A stretch of 60,188 bases of DNA from a virus (Duplodnaviria; Caudoviricetes), in IMG/VR virus record IMGVR_UViG_3300020074_002050, positions 1 to 60,188 of that record; one strand, written 5' to 3'. Under the pieces are notes generated by a model. The model was not told the origin of the DNA and did no database searches. It saw only the letters and a program-made list of their open reading frames with translations. Positions 24,982 to 34,934 of this stretch are shown here, one piece after another (the first letter of the stretch is position 1; each line of letters starts with the position of its first letter). The translations under genes and the position numbers were made by a program.

Positions 24982-25171
24982 AATCTTTTTTTAATTGTTT
25001 ATTTGGCTTAAGATCGTTCATTATTGATAATCTTTCACTTTCTTTATAAAAAGACCAGTCTCTGATTTGTTGCCAAGTTCGACCACAGCCAATGCAATTA
25101 TCATTAAGTAAATTACATTTTCTAATACAAGGAGTGGAGATTTTAACAGCAGTGTCCTCGTTTGTTGCCAT
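24968..25171 (-). CDS. DUF1289-like predicted Fe-S protein
   Basis: STPCIRKC...CIGCGRT..QI.DW. Confidence 0.7.
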   Translation of the reverse strand: MATNEDTAVKISTPCIRKCNLLNDNCIGCGRTWQQIRDWSFYKESERLSIMNDLKPNKQLKKDYECW

Positions 25172-25337
25172 TCAGAGGTTTATACACTGAATTTTGTTCT
25201 CTATATTTATAAAGTTGAGAATACGCTTCTTGAACATGCTTATCAATATCTTTGACAAGATAAGGAATAGATTTATTAGAATCTACTAATTTAATAGATC
25301 TAATTAGATTATTTATAATATTATCTACTTCATGCAT
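25143..25337 (-). CDS. Hypothetical protein
   Basis: ORF downstream of tRNA-Gln. Confidence 0.5.
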   Translation of the reverse strand: MHEVDNIINNLIRSIKLVDSNKSIPYLVKDIDKHVQEAYSQLYKYREQNSVYKPLNGNKRGHCC

Positions 25338-25345
25338 TATTAAAA

Positions 25346-25419
25346 TGGCTGTCCGAACAGGATTTGAACCTATACAAAGAGAGTCAAAGTCTCTTGTGCT
25401 ACCGTTACACCATCGGACA
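25346..25419 (-). tRNA. tRNA-Gln(TTG)
   Basis: Cloverleaf, loop CTTTGAC, CCA. Confidence 0.93.
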
Positions 25420-25427
25420 ATTTAATT

Positions 25428-25518
25428 TGGCGGTGAGGGAAGGATTTGAACCTTCGGTACTCTTTTGAAGTACGGGGCTTTAGCAAAGCCCTGCATTAGA
25501 CCACTCTGCCACCTCACC
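25428..25518 (-). tRNA. tRNA-Ser(GCT)
   Basis: Loop TTGCTAA, long variable arm, G73, CCA; first 5 nt overlap the upstream stop codon. Confidence 0.93.
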
Positions 25519-25792
25519 CAAGATTTTCTACTTCAAAACATCCAAAACCAGCTTGATGTTCAAATGTTAACAATCCGCATCTTTTACTCTTCTTATTTGC
25601 ACAGACTCCGAAGTCCATATCTGCATCTTTGTATTTTTCATTGTACAAAGGAATAAAATGCTTACAACCGCAGCTACAATCATTGCGGTTATAAGTATCA
25701 ACCCAGCGAGAAATTTTGCCTCCATAATCTATATAATCAGTGTCTAAAATCTTACAAAGATCTAGTAAACTTTGATCTCTGTTTGTTTTCAT
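25514..25792 (-). CDS. Cys-rich hypothetical protein
   Basis: DCSCGCKHF...FGVCAN...CGLLTFEH..GC. Confidence 0.65.
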   Translation of the reverse strand: MKTNRDQSLLDLCKILDTDYIDYGGKISRWVDTYNRNDCSCGCKHFIPLYNEKYKDADMDFGVCANKKSKRCGLLTFEHQAGFGCFEVENLG

Positions 25793-26070
25793 CGTCTATT
25801 CTTTTTCTTTGGCTGATTAGATATTGTACGCAATCCATAATTTAAATCTAACCATGCTGTTTCAATTGTTGCCTTATCTTTTGTAAGCTTCATTTTATCG
25901 CGAAGATAATTAATTGTCCAATTCTTCCATTTTTCATTTTCTTCTTCTGAATATGCATGTTCTTTATACCAATTTGGAATTTGATTTTCGCAAACGTCTT
26001 CATATCTAAGATCAAGTTTAGCGATCTTAAATTGTTTATCGATTATTTTTTTTATGTGTTTACTGTTCAT
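25789..26070 (-). CDS. Phage hypothetical protein
   Basis: Coupled ORF, W..LNYGL motif. Confidence 0.65.
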   Translation of the reverse strand: MNSKHIKKIIDKQFKIAKLDLRYEDVCENQIPNWYKEHAYSEEENEKWKNWTINYLRDKMKLTKDKATIETAWLDLNYGLRTISNQPKKKNRR

Positions 26071-26507
26071 ACTCCTGTAGATCCAAATCCTCCTGCTTCT
26101 CTTAGCGTGTTTTCAAGTTTATCAGACATTATAAACGTGGCTGTGTGACAGCTTTCAAAAATAATCTGAGCGATTCGATCTCCTTTCTTTATATTAAATT
26201 CTGAATCATTATCTGTATTATACAGAATAACCCCGATATCTCCACGATAGTCAGAATCAATTACACCAGCTAGAATATCAATACCGTTCTTATAAGCCAA
26301 ACCTGAGCGAGGAGCAATGCGACCATAATAACCGGGAGTTATTTCCATCGAAATATTTGTCTTAACTAGCTTTCTGCTACCACAACAAATTTTAGTATCT
26401 TCTGCCGCATATAAATCGTATCCAGCAGCAAAATCAGTCCCTCTAGTAGGAATTGTTGCGTTTTCGGAAAGCTTTTTAATATTAATATATAAGGTTTCTT
26501 TATGCAT
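26067..26507 (-). CDS. dut: dUTPase (trimeric)
   Basis: AGYDL, PRSGLA, GVIDSDYRG, GDRIAQ, GGFGSTG. Confidence 0.96.
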   Translation of the reverse strand: MHKETLYINIKKLSENATIPTRGTDFAAGYDLYAAEDTKICCGSRKLVKTNISMEITPGYYGRIAPRSGLAYKNGIDILAGVIDSDYRGDIGVILYNTDNDSEFNIKKGDRIAQIIFESCHTATFIMSDKLENTLREAGGFGSTGV

Positions 26508-26515
26508 ATTTATAT

Positions 26516-27268
26516 TTATTTATCTTTTAAAATTGACATTAAAATTCTAGCTTCTTTTGCAGGAATATCATCATAAGAAGTCCAAACTTTTGCTTCAGCG
26601 TTTTTATAAACGCCTAGTTTCCAAGCTTCTCGCAGGTACTCTTGAAATTCTGTAAATGACAGCATCCCTGAATTTTTTGCGGACTTCTCTAACATTCCTT
26701 GAGAAGAAGGCAGAGCTACTTCATTGTCATCTTCGAATACAGATATAGCACCTTTTTTTGAAGCATCAATTTCATCGCTACCAACGATGTGTACATTAAG
26801 AAAATTTCTTACAGCCCGAACAAATGCGCGATTAGCCGCAATCGTCTCCAAGAATTTGACAGCGAAATCCGAAGTATTATTAACTGTAGCATTTGCGACA
26901 TCTTCATAATAACTTTCATATTGTGACTCATAATTAGGAATCCAAGTTATACCACACTTAACAGCAACGTAGTGCGTTTCGCATTTTATGATATCATATT
27001 TTACACTTGTATATCCTCTAAGTTTAGCGAGTTCTTTGATACCAGCAAGCTTGATAAGTAATTGACTATCACTAAGACCTTCAATCGAAGTAGGCATTTG
27101 TTGCTTGCGCGCCTCAAACCATCCACGATTAGGGAATAAATGCTCTGGCTTAACCATCGCTCGCCAGTTGATTGATCCATCTTCATTGGTTTTATATTCT
27201 ACGTCTTCAATTAAACCCCAAGTGTTACGCGACTGAGGTGCTAGATGTAAATTGTTCTTGTCGTTCAT
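26516..27268 (-). CDS. Putative Rad52/Sak-like ssDNA-annealing protein
   Basis: IAANRAFVRAVRNFLN...SDEI helix pattern. Confidence 0.5.
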   Translation of the reverse strand: MNDKNNLHLAPQSRNTWGLIEDVEYKTNEDGSINWRAMVKPEHLFPNRGWFEARKQQMPTSIEGLSDSQLLIKLAGIKELAKLRGYTSVKYDIIKCETHYVAVKCGITWIPNYESQYESYYEDVANATVNNTSDFAVKFLETIAANRAFVRAVRNFLNVHIVGSDEIDASKKGAISVFEDDNEVALPSSQGMLEKSAKNSGMLSFTEFQEYLREAWKLGVYKNAEAKVWTSYDDIPAKEARILMSILKDK

Positions 27269-28421
27269 TGTAGATTTTAAAAAATTCTATTTCTTGTTCG
27301 AATTCTTTGCATAGTATGACATTTTCTTCGGTCTTGTCAAGATGTTTGTTTGCGAGATAATTAGCCTTGCAAGAAAATTGTTTACCTTTAGAAATTAAAA
27401 TTTTAGAACTTATAAATTTAGAAGATTCAGAAAAATTGTTAATAGTTTCTATTTTTTTATTATCGTCAAAATCTTTATTAATTTCCCAATCTAAAAATTT
27501 AAATCTGTATTCATTTAATTTTTCTTTATCATCGCAAAAAATTTTTATTTGTATACCTGAATTTTTACACAGCTTCAAAAAATTTTCAGAGATATTCGGT
27601 GACATCATAATTGTTAATAATAAGATGTTATTTTTATATGGAGTCAGTAAAGAAACATTAATATCTTTGTCAGTAATAATGTTTACTTTTCTATTTGACA
27701 CCCAATAGTGAAAAACCGAAGCATTCAAGTTTTTAATGTAATCTAATCGCAAATTTATAGATCTATGTTTCATGAAATCTTCAGAAGATATAAAGTCTGG
27801 TACAATTTCAATAATTTTTTGATTGTAACTTTTACCTAAATGTACTAGTTCATATTTTCCAAGATTATTTTCTATGTTTAAATTGTCTAAAATATTCTTT
27901 GCAACTTTATATGGGCTGATAAAATTTATCGTTTTTGGACTTTCTTTCAATTGACCGTAAGATGGTAAATTGCCATCTCTGTCAGATTCTAAAATTATTT
28001 GAGAAGATTTATTCCATACTGGTCTTGTATTCTTTGAATCATACAAAGAATATAAACCTATTGACTTTATATTGAAAACAGATGCTACATGCAAAGTATA
28101 ATTTTGATTGGCTATTAGAATCTTAGCTTTAGAAATTAAATAGTTTTCTTGTTTTTTATTTAAAGAAATAAATAATTTATTACAATTTAATTTAGCGTTT
28201 TTTTCGGTAGCTAATTGAAATATTTCGATTTTTGATTTATTTAAATATGGTTTAATTAGGTCAATTACATCATTAAAGTAATCATATTCACCATATGGAT
28301 TTTTACTTCTTGTGTCAAAAATTATAAAATTATCATTTTTAAGAGGCAAAAAATATTTATCTAAATATGGTTTTGATATTTTGACTCCGCAGTCCAAGGC
28401 CATTTTTTCAGTTAGATTCAT
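27225..28421 (-). CDS. Hypothetical protein with GT9-like N-terminal region
   Basis: YLISKAKILIA...LHVASVFNIKSIGLY pattern. Confidence 0.5.
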   Translation of the reverse strand: MNLTEKMALDCGVKISKPYLDKYFLPLKNDNFIIFDTRSKNPYGEYDYFNDVIDLIKPYLNKSKIEIFQLATEKNAKLNCNKLFISLNKKQENYLISKAKILIANQNYTLHVASVFNIKSIGLYSLYDSKNTRPVWNKSSQIILESDRDGNLPSYGQLKESPKTINFISPYKVAKNILDNLNIENNLGKYELVHLGKSYNQKIIEIVPDFISSEDFMKHRSINLRLDYIKNLNASVFHYWVSNRKVNIITDKDINVSLLTPYKNNILLLTIMMSPNISENFLKLCKNSGIQIKIFCDDKEKLNEYRFKFLDWEINKDFDDNKKIETINNFSESSKFISSKILISKGKQFSCKANYLANKHLDKTEENVILCKEFEQEIEFFKIYNERQEQFTSSTSVA

Positions 28422-30303
28422 AAATACTATATTCTAGAATATCTTCGGAATTTCGATAGTAATTATTATTTATCGATAAATATGGTGCAAATACTATGTC
28501 AAAATATTTGGGACAATTACCTTTGCCTTCAAAAAATAAAGGATCGTTCATTTTGTCAAAATAGTTTAAAACTTTTTTGATATCTGGATGCGAATTTATC
28601 AAATCAAAATTTTCCGCTTTTGTAAAAAAGTAGATATCATGATTAGGGTAAAGTTTTTTTATAGAAGTGATTAAACATGTTGAAATTATAATTTCTTCTG
28701 CACCGTCTGGCTGAATAAAAGCAATTCTTTTATTTGTATCAGCATTTTTTAAAGATTGCAACATTTCATCTAAAAACAAACTTTGATTTTCATTTAAGGC
28801 AACTTTGCGAAAATAATTAATTACATCAACTCTTTTTAAATCAGTTTTTAATCTGTTTATCCAATGATCTACCCCGGCTAAATCGATTTTCATTAATATA
28901 TTGCTATATAATGATTCAACCCATTCTTTATCGTTTAAATTAGTATCTGGTTCATAAAATGGATTAAGTTTTGATTTTTTATTTTCATAATCATAATTTA
29001 TTTTGGGTAAACTATCGAATAGATCTTCAAAATATTTTCCGACAACTTCTATGCTAAAATTATCTATAACAAATTGTCTTGCAGTTTTTCCCATTTGCTG
29101 CCGTGCATCATCTGCTAGATTATAAACATATTGTAATTGTGTATATATACTATTAGGTAACGTAGATGCTTTGATGAATTGAGTTCCAGGCTCTCTGTAT
29201 TCAGCCCATTCTAAAGGTAATCCGCCGCTTTCTTCAGTACAACAATCTTCACCGCAACTATAATTCGTGACAAGAGTAATAAGCTCTGCTAGTTTGGCTT
29301 CTTGAACTGGAATTTCTTGACCGCCGGATGTAAATGGATGACAATACACATCCATTAAATTATATATTTCATTTAATTGAGTTTCATTGACTCCAGTTTT
29401 TACATTGCTAGTTTCGCAACTATTTTGAGCTTTACAGACGTCGCAATTTATAACATGACCGCAAAAAGGTTTGACACTGTATGACCCACAATTCTTACAT
29501 ACATAAGTGGTGAGAACATTTTTAACATCTATTTCTTTTTCTTTTAAAAGTTTTAATATATCCCAACCCTCATTCCATGATGTATGCAAAAGTAATTTTG
29601 CATTTGCTTCTGGATTGTTTTTTTGAAACATCTTAAAACCGTCTAATAAATTTGGTACTGATTTTCGCAATTGATTTCTAAAAACAAATCCAATTATATA
29701 ATTATTTTGTAGTTTAAATTTATTGCGAAGTTTATTTCTATCATCGCTTGATATTTTATAGAATGATGAAGTGTCTAATGTTCCACGAACAGTTTTTACA
29801 TGTGTATGGCCTAATTTATGCATTGCTTTTTCTGCGAACGAGGCCCAAACAAAATAGTTTTTTATTTTAGGTGCCATTGTAACGGCATCAGGCAAGATCG
29901 GTAAACTATCTAATGTGGTGTGAACAATACAATGAACTTTATTCCACCATTCTTTATCAGTAAAACCGTTGAAAGCCCAAATATCCTCTATGCCTAAATA
30001 AATATCTGGTTTTAATTCTTTTATAGCATGATCTATCATTTCTGCACCATAACCTGATGCATTTTTTCTTCTTTCATCAATAGAAATTTCTTTGAGAACT
30101 TCAACGTCTTCTGGTAAAGATCCATAAGATTCCCAAGGCATGAACTTTAATTGTTCTGAATTCCAAGTATATCCGTTGCTCAATTCAATAATTCTATACT
30201 TACCAGTTTTATATAAATAAGATAATAAATTTTTTTTATGCTTACCAAATCCAGTAAACATTTTGCAAAAATTGCTATGAATTAAAACTGTCTTTTTAAG
30301 CAT
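28408..30303 (-). CDS. GT-B (GT4-like) glycosyltransferase with Zn-finger insert and GT9-like C-terminus
   Basis: TGFG, FRNQLRK, YNLMDVYCHPFTSGGQEIPVQEA, CKNC..CDVC. Confidence 0.75.
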   Translation of the reverse strand: MLKKTVLIHSNFCKMFTGFGKHKKNLLSYLYKTGKYRIIELSNGYTWNSEQLKFMPWESYGSLPEDVEVLKEISIDERRKNASGYGAEMIDHAIKELKPDIYLGIEDIWAFNGFTDKEWWNKVHCIVHTTLDSLPILPDAVTMAPKIKNYFVWASFAEKAMHKLGHTHVKTVRGTLDTSSFYKISSDDRNKLRNKFKLQNNYIIGFVFRNQLRKSVPNLLDGFKMFQKNNPEANAKLLLHTSWNEGWDILKLLKEKEIDVKNVLTTYVCKNCGSYSVKPFCGHVINCDVCKAQNSCETSNVKTGVNETQLNEIYNLMDVYCHPFTSGGQEIPVQEAKLAELITLVTNYSCGEDCCTEESGGLPLEWAEYREPGTQFIKASTLPNSIYTQLQYVYNLADDARQQMGKTARQFVIDNFSIEVVGKYFEDLFDSLPKINYDYENKKSKLNPFYEPDTNLNDKEWVESLYSNILMKIDLAGVDHWINRLKTDLKRVDVINYFRKVALNENQSLFLDEMLQSLKNADTNKRIAFIQPDGAEEIIISTCLITSIKKLYPNHDIYFFTKAENFDLINSHPDIKKVLNYFDKMNDPLFFEGKGNCPKYFDIVFAPYLSINNNYYRNSEDILEYSIYESN

Positions 30304-30890
30304 TAGAAATCCATTTCTTCAGAATTGGCAGCAACCGACTCCAACTTCTTGGTTTTTGCAGTTTCTACTTGAGCTATTGGTTCTTTCTTATTTGTTGGCT
30401 TATCGTTCTTTGGAACTAACTTGCGAGAATCATCAAGAAGCGAATAATACTTATTGATAAAAGCGATCAATCTAACAGCTTCTCCCGGTTCTAACGGGAT
30501 CTTGAAAGTATCTACGCCATTACGAGTAAAAGACAACCCAAAAGCTGTATACTTAATAACATACTCGCCAGTTCCCTTTGTCTTATCGTAAGGAGCAAGC
30601 TTAATTTGTGTCTTGCTTGCTTCGCTTGAATGGAAAGTGGAGTAAGAAGTTTTCTGTTGAAAAGCGTTAATAATCTCGCCAAGCTCAAATTCATTGAATT
30701 TGATGGCAATAGTCTTGGAAGGATTAATTCTACTCTCTGCAAATGAACCAGTTTTTGTCTGATCATTCCATGAATGTTGAGCGATACAGTTGACATAAAA
30801 CTGCGGTTCGCTATTTGGCTTATGAGAAATTTGAAAACTAATTGCACAACCCTGATTTTTAGAGTTGGGCTTGTAAATCTGAAGATTCAT
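30303..30890 (-). CDS. Hypothetical protein with acidic tail (candidate Whirly/PC4-like ssDNA-binding protein)
   Basis: Two beta-sheet+helix repeats, low-complexity linker, ends EEMDF. Confidence 0.55.
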   Translation of the reverse strand: MNLQIYKPNSKNQGCAISFQISHKPNSEPQFYVNCIAQHSWNDQTKTGSFAESRINPSKTIAIKFNEFELGEIINAFQQKTSYSTFHSSEASKTQIKLAPYDKTKGTGEYVIKYTAFGLSFTRNGVDTFKIPLEPGEAVRLIAFINKYYSLLDDSRKLVPKNDKPTNKKEPIAQVETAKTKKLESVAANSEEMDF

Positions 30891-30921
30891 ATCGCAGAAT
30901 AATAGCATTATTCTGCGATAT
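30889..30921. repeat. Perfect 15-bp inverted repeat with 3-nt loop over promoter/start codon
   Basis: ATATCGCAGAATAAT-AGC-ATTATTCTGCGATAT. Confidence 0.85.
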
Positions 30922-30931
30922 TTCTAATAAA

Positions 30932-31150
30932 TTAAGCTAAATAATAGAAGATAGTTTTAGCAGTCGCAGAAGTAATGTCTGTAGTTACTTTAAATGGAAC
31001 TGGAAAACTAATTGGAGCAGAAATAGTAATAGCTTGGCCCAAAGCTGTAAAGCCAGCGGTAGCGGCTACAACATATATATTTTTGCCGGATGGACATGTA
31101 ATAGAAGTAGCAGTGTTAATAGTGCAAAATTGAGGAAGTTGATTATTCAT
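30932..31150 (-). CDS. Small hypothetical protein
   Basis: 72 aa, GTGTAA motif 17 nt upstream. Confidence 0.6.
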   Translation of the reverse strand: MNNQLPQFCTINTATSITCPSGKNIYVVAATAGFTALGQAITISAPISFPVPFKVTTDITSATAKTIFYYLA

Positions 31151-31167
31151 TGTATTTAATATTACAC

Positions 31168-32316
31168 TTATTGGCTTGCTTTTAGAAGAGCCTCCAACTT
31201 GCCAATTGGAGTTGTTATTCCTCCAATGGCTGTAAATATAGACAATCCTTCTTTCGCGCCTTTGTAAACACCTTGATGAACAGTACTATTAGTTTTTAAA
31301 GTTCTGTTGAGTTGATTAAAAGCATTATCTAAATATTCTTGGGGAATGCTGTCTAACGTCTTTTCGTCACCGATAGCGACAGCAGCAGCTGTGCTACCAG
31401 TAGAAAGATCAAGTTCACCGCAAAGCACATTTCTTTTAAGATTTTCACGGACTGCTTTACTAATCTCGGCTTCATTGCTATAATTAGTAATATTAGCTGC
31501 GCCAAAAACCATAATTCCAGAATCTAGGACAGTTCTAAAATCATTTGTATCGAATGTTGTATATTGGCTATTTTTTGTTATAATATTATTAAATAGATGA
31601 AACAGAGAACAAATATTAGCATTAGCTACTTGCCAAAACTTATTAATTGATAGTTTAGGATATAAACTATTAATTCTTTCATTGTCGAGAATAATAAGTG
31701 GAGAGACAATCTTTTGTTTGACTAATTCACAAGCCTCTTCTAAAGTCTCATAAGCATTTTGACTTACTTTCTTTCCTTCTGATAATTTGGGCAAAGCAAC
31801 AATAAGACCAACATATGGTGAAGTAGCTTTTACTGTTGACTGGTATTCTTTAATAGTTTTTATTAATTCAGAACAAACACCTGCGCCAGTTCCACCACCA
31901 GCACCAACAGTAACAAAAATACGATCAATATCAGTACCAATAGAAGTCTTAATAAAATCTACAACATCTTCTTTACAATTTAAGAATGCTTGCTTGGCAA
32001 AATCTCTATTCTTACCTGCACCTTGCTGTTCTCCAAACTTCATTTTATTTGGAACATTAATTGTCGCAAGATCTTGATCTGCTGTATTTATTACGCCAAC
32101 TCTAGCATATCCAATTTGAGAAAAAGTTTCTGCCAATTTTCCTCCACCTTGACCAGCACCAATAAAACCAAATTTAAAACCAACTGCATCTCTATCTTTT
32201 GGTTCTACCTTTTCAGACTGAGGAGGCTCAGGAATATCTGGCATTGCGAAATCAAACGTATCGTTTGAAGCTGAAGAATTTGTATTCACGTTATAAAGTG
32301 GATTGTGTTGATTCAT
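31168..32316 (-). CDS. Tubulin/FtsZ-family GTPase (PhuZ/TubZ-like)
   Basis: IGAGQGGGK, INT...D, GAGK, GAGGGTGAG signature, LDNE, FDTNDF. Confidence 0.9.
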   Translation of the reverse strand: MNQHNPLYNVNTNSSASNDTFDFAMPDIPEPPQSEKVEPKDRDAVGFKFGFIGAGQGGGKLAETFSQIGYARVGVINTADQDLATINVPNKMKFGEQQGAGKNRDFAKQAFLNCKEDVVDFIKTSIGTDIDRIFVTVGAGGGTGAGVCSELIKTIKEYQSTVKATSPYVGLIVALPKLSEGKKVSQNAYETLEEACELVKQKIVSPLIILDNERINSLYPKLSINKFWQVANANICSLFHLFNNIITKNSQYTTFDTNDFRTVLDSGIMVFGAANITNYSNEAEISKAVRENLKRNVLCGELDLSTGSTAAAVAIGDEKTLDSIPQEYLDNAFNQLNRTLKTNSTVHQGVYKGAKEGLSIFTAIGGITTPIGKLEALLKASQ

Positions 32317-32317
32317 T

Positions 32318-32521
32318 TTAAATAATATTTAAACTATCACCTATTCTAACATCATCCCAGCTAGTTTCGCCTTTAGATTTATAGCGAATTTTATACTGAG
32401 AATAACAAACAGCAACACGTTGTTTTTGATCTTTGAAATCTTTTAACATCATGTCGTCCCCCATGCAACGGTTAATAAATTCTTGTTCTGTTTCTTTTTT
32501 TGAGGGTTTGGGTAATGGCAT
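32318..32521 (-). CDS. Small phage protein (MPLP.P...FI.RCM...R.AVC motif)
   Basis: Recurrent phage motif; GTGTAA upstream. Confidence 0.65.
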   Translation of the reverse strand: MPLPKPSKKETEQEFINRCMGDDMMLKDFKDQKQRVAVCYSQYKIRYKSKGETSWDDVRIGDSLNII

Positions 32522-32525
32522 ATAT

Positions 32526-34934
32526 CTATATTACACAAATATTGCCATCTTTTACAGAAATTTCCAATTCTAACTTTTTATTTGAATCTAGCATTTTTTC
32601 AGCCACTTGAGTTTGAAGTTCTCGCTGAATAGTTTTAATAACTTGTCTGGCTCCAAAATTGTCGAACTGAAGCTTATTAAAAATAAGATCAATTATTTCT
32701 TTGGAGTATTTGAGAGCAATACCTCGACTAGACAAATCATTTTCAAATATTTTAAGCTCTTTATTTATTATCTGTTTCAAGTTTTCTTCATCAAGCTGAT
32801 TAAAAATTACTACTTCATCTATTCTGTTTAATAAATCAGCAGGAAAGAATTTCTTAATTGAACCAAGAACGTCTTGCTTGCTCGCTTTCTGCTTGCCAAA
32901 TCCAATAGAAGAATGATTGATAATATCTGCACCAACATTTGTAGTCATAACTATAATCGTGTTTGAAAAATCCACGATCTTGCCAGATGAATCTGTGACT
33001 TTGCCTTCTTCTAAAATTTGCAACAAAGAATACAAAACATCTTGATCAGCTTTTTGAATTTCATCAAATAGTATTAATGAATATGGATTTTTACGAACCC
33101 GCTCTGTTAAAACACCACCTTTATCAAAACCGATATAACCCGGATTAGATCCGAATAGTTTATTAACAGCTGTCTTGTCAGTATATTCTGACATGTCTAT
33201 ATTAATAAAGTTATTTTTATTAGGGAACAATGTTTCAGCTATAAATTTAGCAGTCATTGTTTTGCCAACACCTGTAGGACCGACGTATAGCATAGAACAT
33301 ATAGGTTTATTAAAATTTCTAAAACCAGCTTTAGCTCGGATAAGAGTTTTATAAATATGATCTATTTGAGTGTCTTGACCGAACATCTCAGTTTGTAATT
33401 TTTGTTTCAATAATTTTACTTTATCGAAGTCTTGCATTTTTAAATCTTCAATAGGTATGTTCGTTTTATCTGAAATAACTTCTAAGATGTCGTTGTTTGA
33501 TACTTTATACTTATTATTTCGCCAATTATCAATCATTTTTCGAGTTGAATTCTCATATTCAGAAAGAAGCTCTTGTAAACAAACTGTTTTTTTAGATTGT
33601 ATGTTATTTTGATTTGTTTGAATCAACCTACTTATTTTTTTCTCAATCTTAATCATTTCAAAAGACTTGGCAAAAGTCTTTATTTTTAATTTTGCTCCTA
33701 CTTGATCGATTATGTCTAAAGCTTTATCTGGAAATCTACCTTCAATATATTTTTCTGCAGATTCGATAATAAATTTAAGAACATCATCGGAGAAATCAAT
33801 AATGTGAAAACTCTCATAGCTATTTTTGATATTTTTAATAAGATTAAATGTCTGTTCCTTATTTGGTTCTTCAATCTTTATTATTTGAAAACGCCTTGAT
33901 AATGCTGGATCACCTGCAATTGTTTTTCTATACTCATTGAAAGTTGTTGCGCCAATGCAGCTAATTTCGCCTCTGGCTAAATAAGGCTTAAGAATATTAG
34001 CAACATCGTTACCATTTTCGGGATTGCCAGCACCAATTATAGTATGAATCTCATCAATAAATAGAACAATATAAGGATCATCAGTTATTTCTTTAAGAAG
34101 ATTTTTAATTTTTTCTTCAAATTCGCCACGATACTTGCAGCCAGCAATCATCATCGGAATATCTAAATTATATATTTGCTTTAAGCTCAGTAAATCTGAC
34201 GCTTTATTATTAACTATAGCCTGAGCAAGAGATTCTACTAATGCTGTTTTGCCAACACCGGCTTCGCCAACAATAAGCGGATTATTTTTATTTTTACGGC
34301 AAAGAACTTCGGAGATCTTTTGAATAAGTTCTTTGTTGATATGCAAATTATTGATTTTACCATTTGAAACTTGTAAATTAAGATTAGTAGCATAGATATT
34401 TAATACTTTATATTTTTTGATATTGAAAGTTTCTTTAGCTGGTTTTGTTTCGCAAATATCTTCATCAGATCCAATTGGAAGCATATCATCTTCTTCTAAC
34501 TTTTTTTCAACATAATCTACAACTTTAGCAAAATTATAATCATTACTCATTAAAAATAATGAAAACATCTCATTCTGGATTTCAAATAAACTGATAAAAA
34601 TATGTTCTAATCCAATATACTTGTGATCAAATTTAGAAGATATAGTTTTAGCGCATTTAAATATATTCTTAAGATCATCATTAAGTAAAGGCTTGATCGT
34701 TCCCTTTTTCTGGGAAGATATTTTGGACTTAATAAAAGATGTGGCCGTAGATTTAATTTTAACAACATCAAAACCAAAATTGCTGAAAGCTTCTTCGATT
34801 TGACTTTGTTTTAAATTAAAAAAACTTATCAATAAATGCAAATGAGTTATTTCATTCTGTTTGAGATCAAGGGCAATTTTATATGCCTCTTTTATTAGTT
34901 TTTGCGCTCTTGGTGTAAGATTTAAATTTTTCAT
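32526..34934 (-). CDS. clpC: ClpA/ClpC-type AAA+ unfoldase
   Basis: Clp N repeats, KNNPLIVGEAGVGKT, FIDEIH, GPTGVGKT, DMSEY, IGF loop. Confidence 0.85.
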   Translation of the reverse strand: MKNLNLTPRAQKLIKEAYKIALDLKQNEITHLHLLISFFNLKQSQIEEAFSNFGFDVVKIKSTATSFIKSKISSQKKGTIKPLLNDDLKNIFKCAKTISSKFDHKYIGLEHIFISLFEIQNEMFSLFLMSNDYNFAKVVDYVEKKLEEDDMLPIGSDEDICETKPAKETFNIKKYKVLNIYATNLNLQVSNGKINNLHINKELIQKISEVLCRKNKNNPLIVGEAGVGKTALVESLAQAIVNNKASDLLSLKQIYNLDIPMMIAGCKYRGEFEEKIKNLLKEITDDPYIVLFIDEIHTIIGAGNPENGNDVANILKPYLARGEISCIGATTFNEYRKTIAGDPALSRRFQIIKIEEPNKEQTFNLIKNIKNSYESFHIIDFSDDVLKFIIESAEKYIEGRFPDKALDIIDQVGAKLKIKTFAKSFEMIKIEKKISRLIQTNQNNIQSKKTVCLQELLSEYENSTRKMIDNWRNNKYKVSNNDILEVISDKTNIPIEDLKMQDFDKVKLLKQKLQTEMFGQDTQIDHIYKTLIRAKAGFRNFNKPICSMLYVGPTGVGKTMTAKFIAETLFPNKNNFINIDMSEYTDKTAVNKLFGSNPGYIGFDKGGVLTERVRKNPYSLILFDEIQKADQDVLYSLLQILEEGKVTDSSGKIVDFSNTIIVMTTNVGADIINHSSIGFGKQKASKQDVLGSIKKFFPADLLNRIDEVVIFNQLDEENLKQIINKELKIFENDLSSRGIALKYSKEIIDLIFNKLQFDNFGARQVIKTIQRELQTQVAEKMLDSNKKLELEISVKDGNICVI

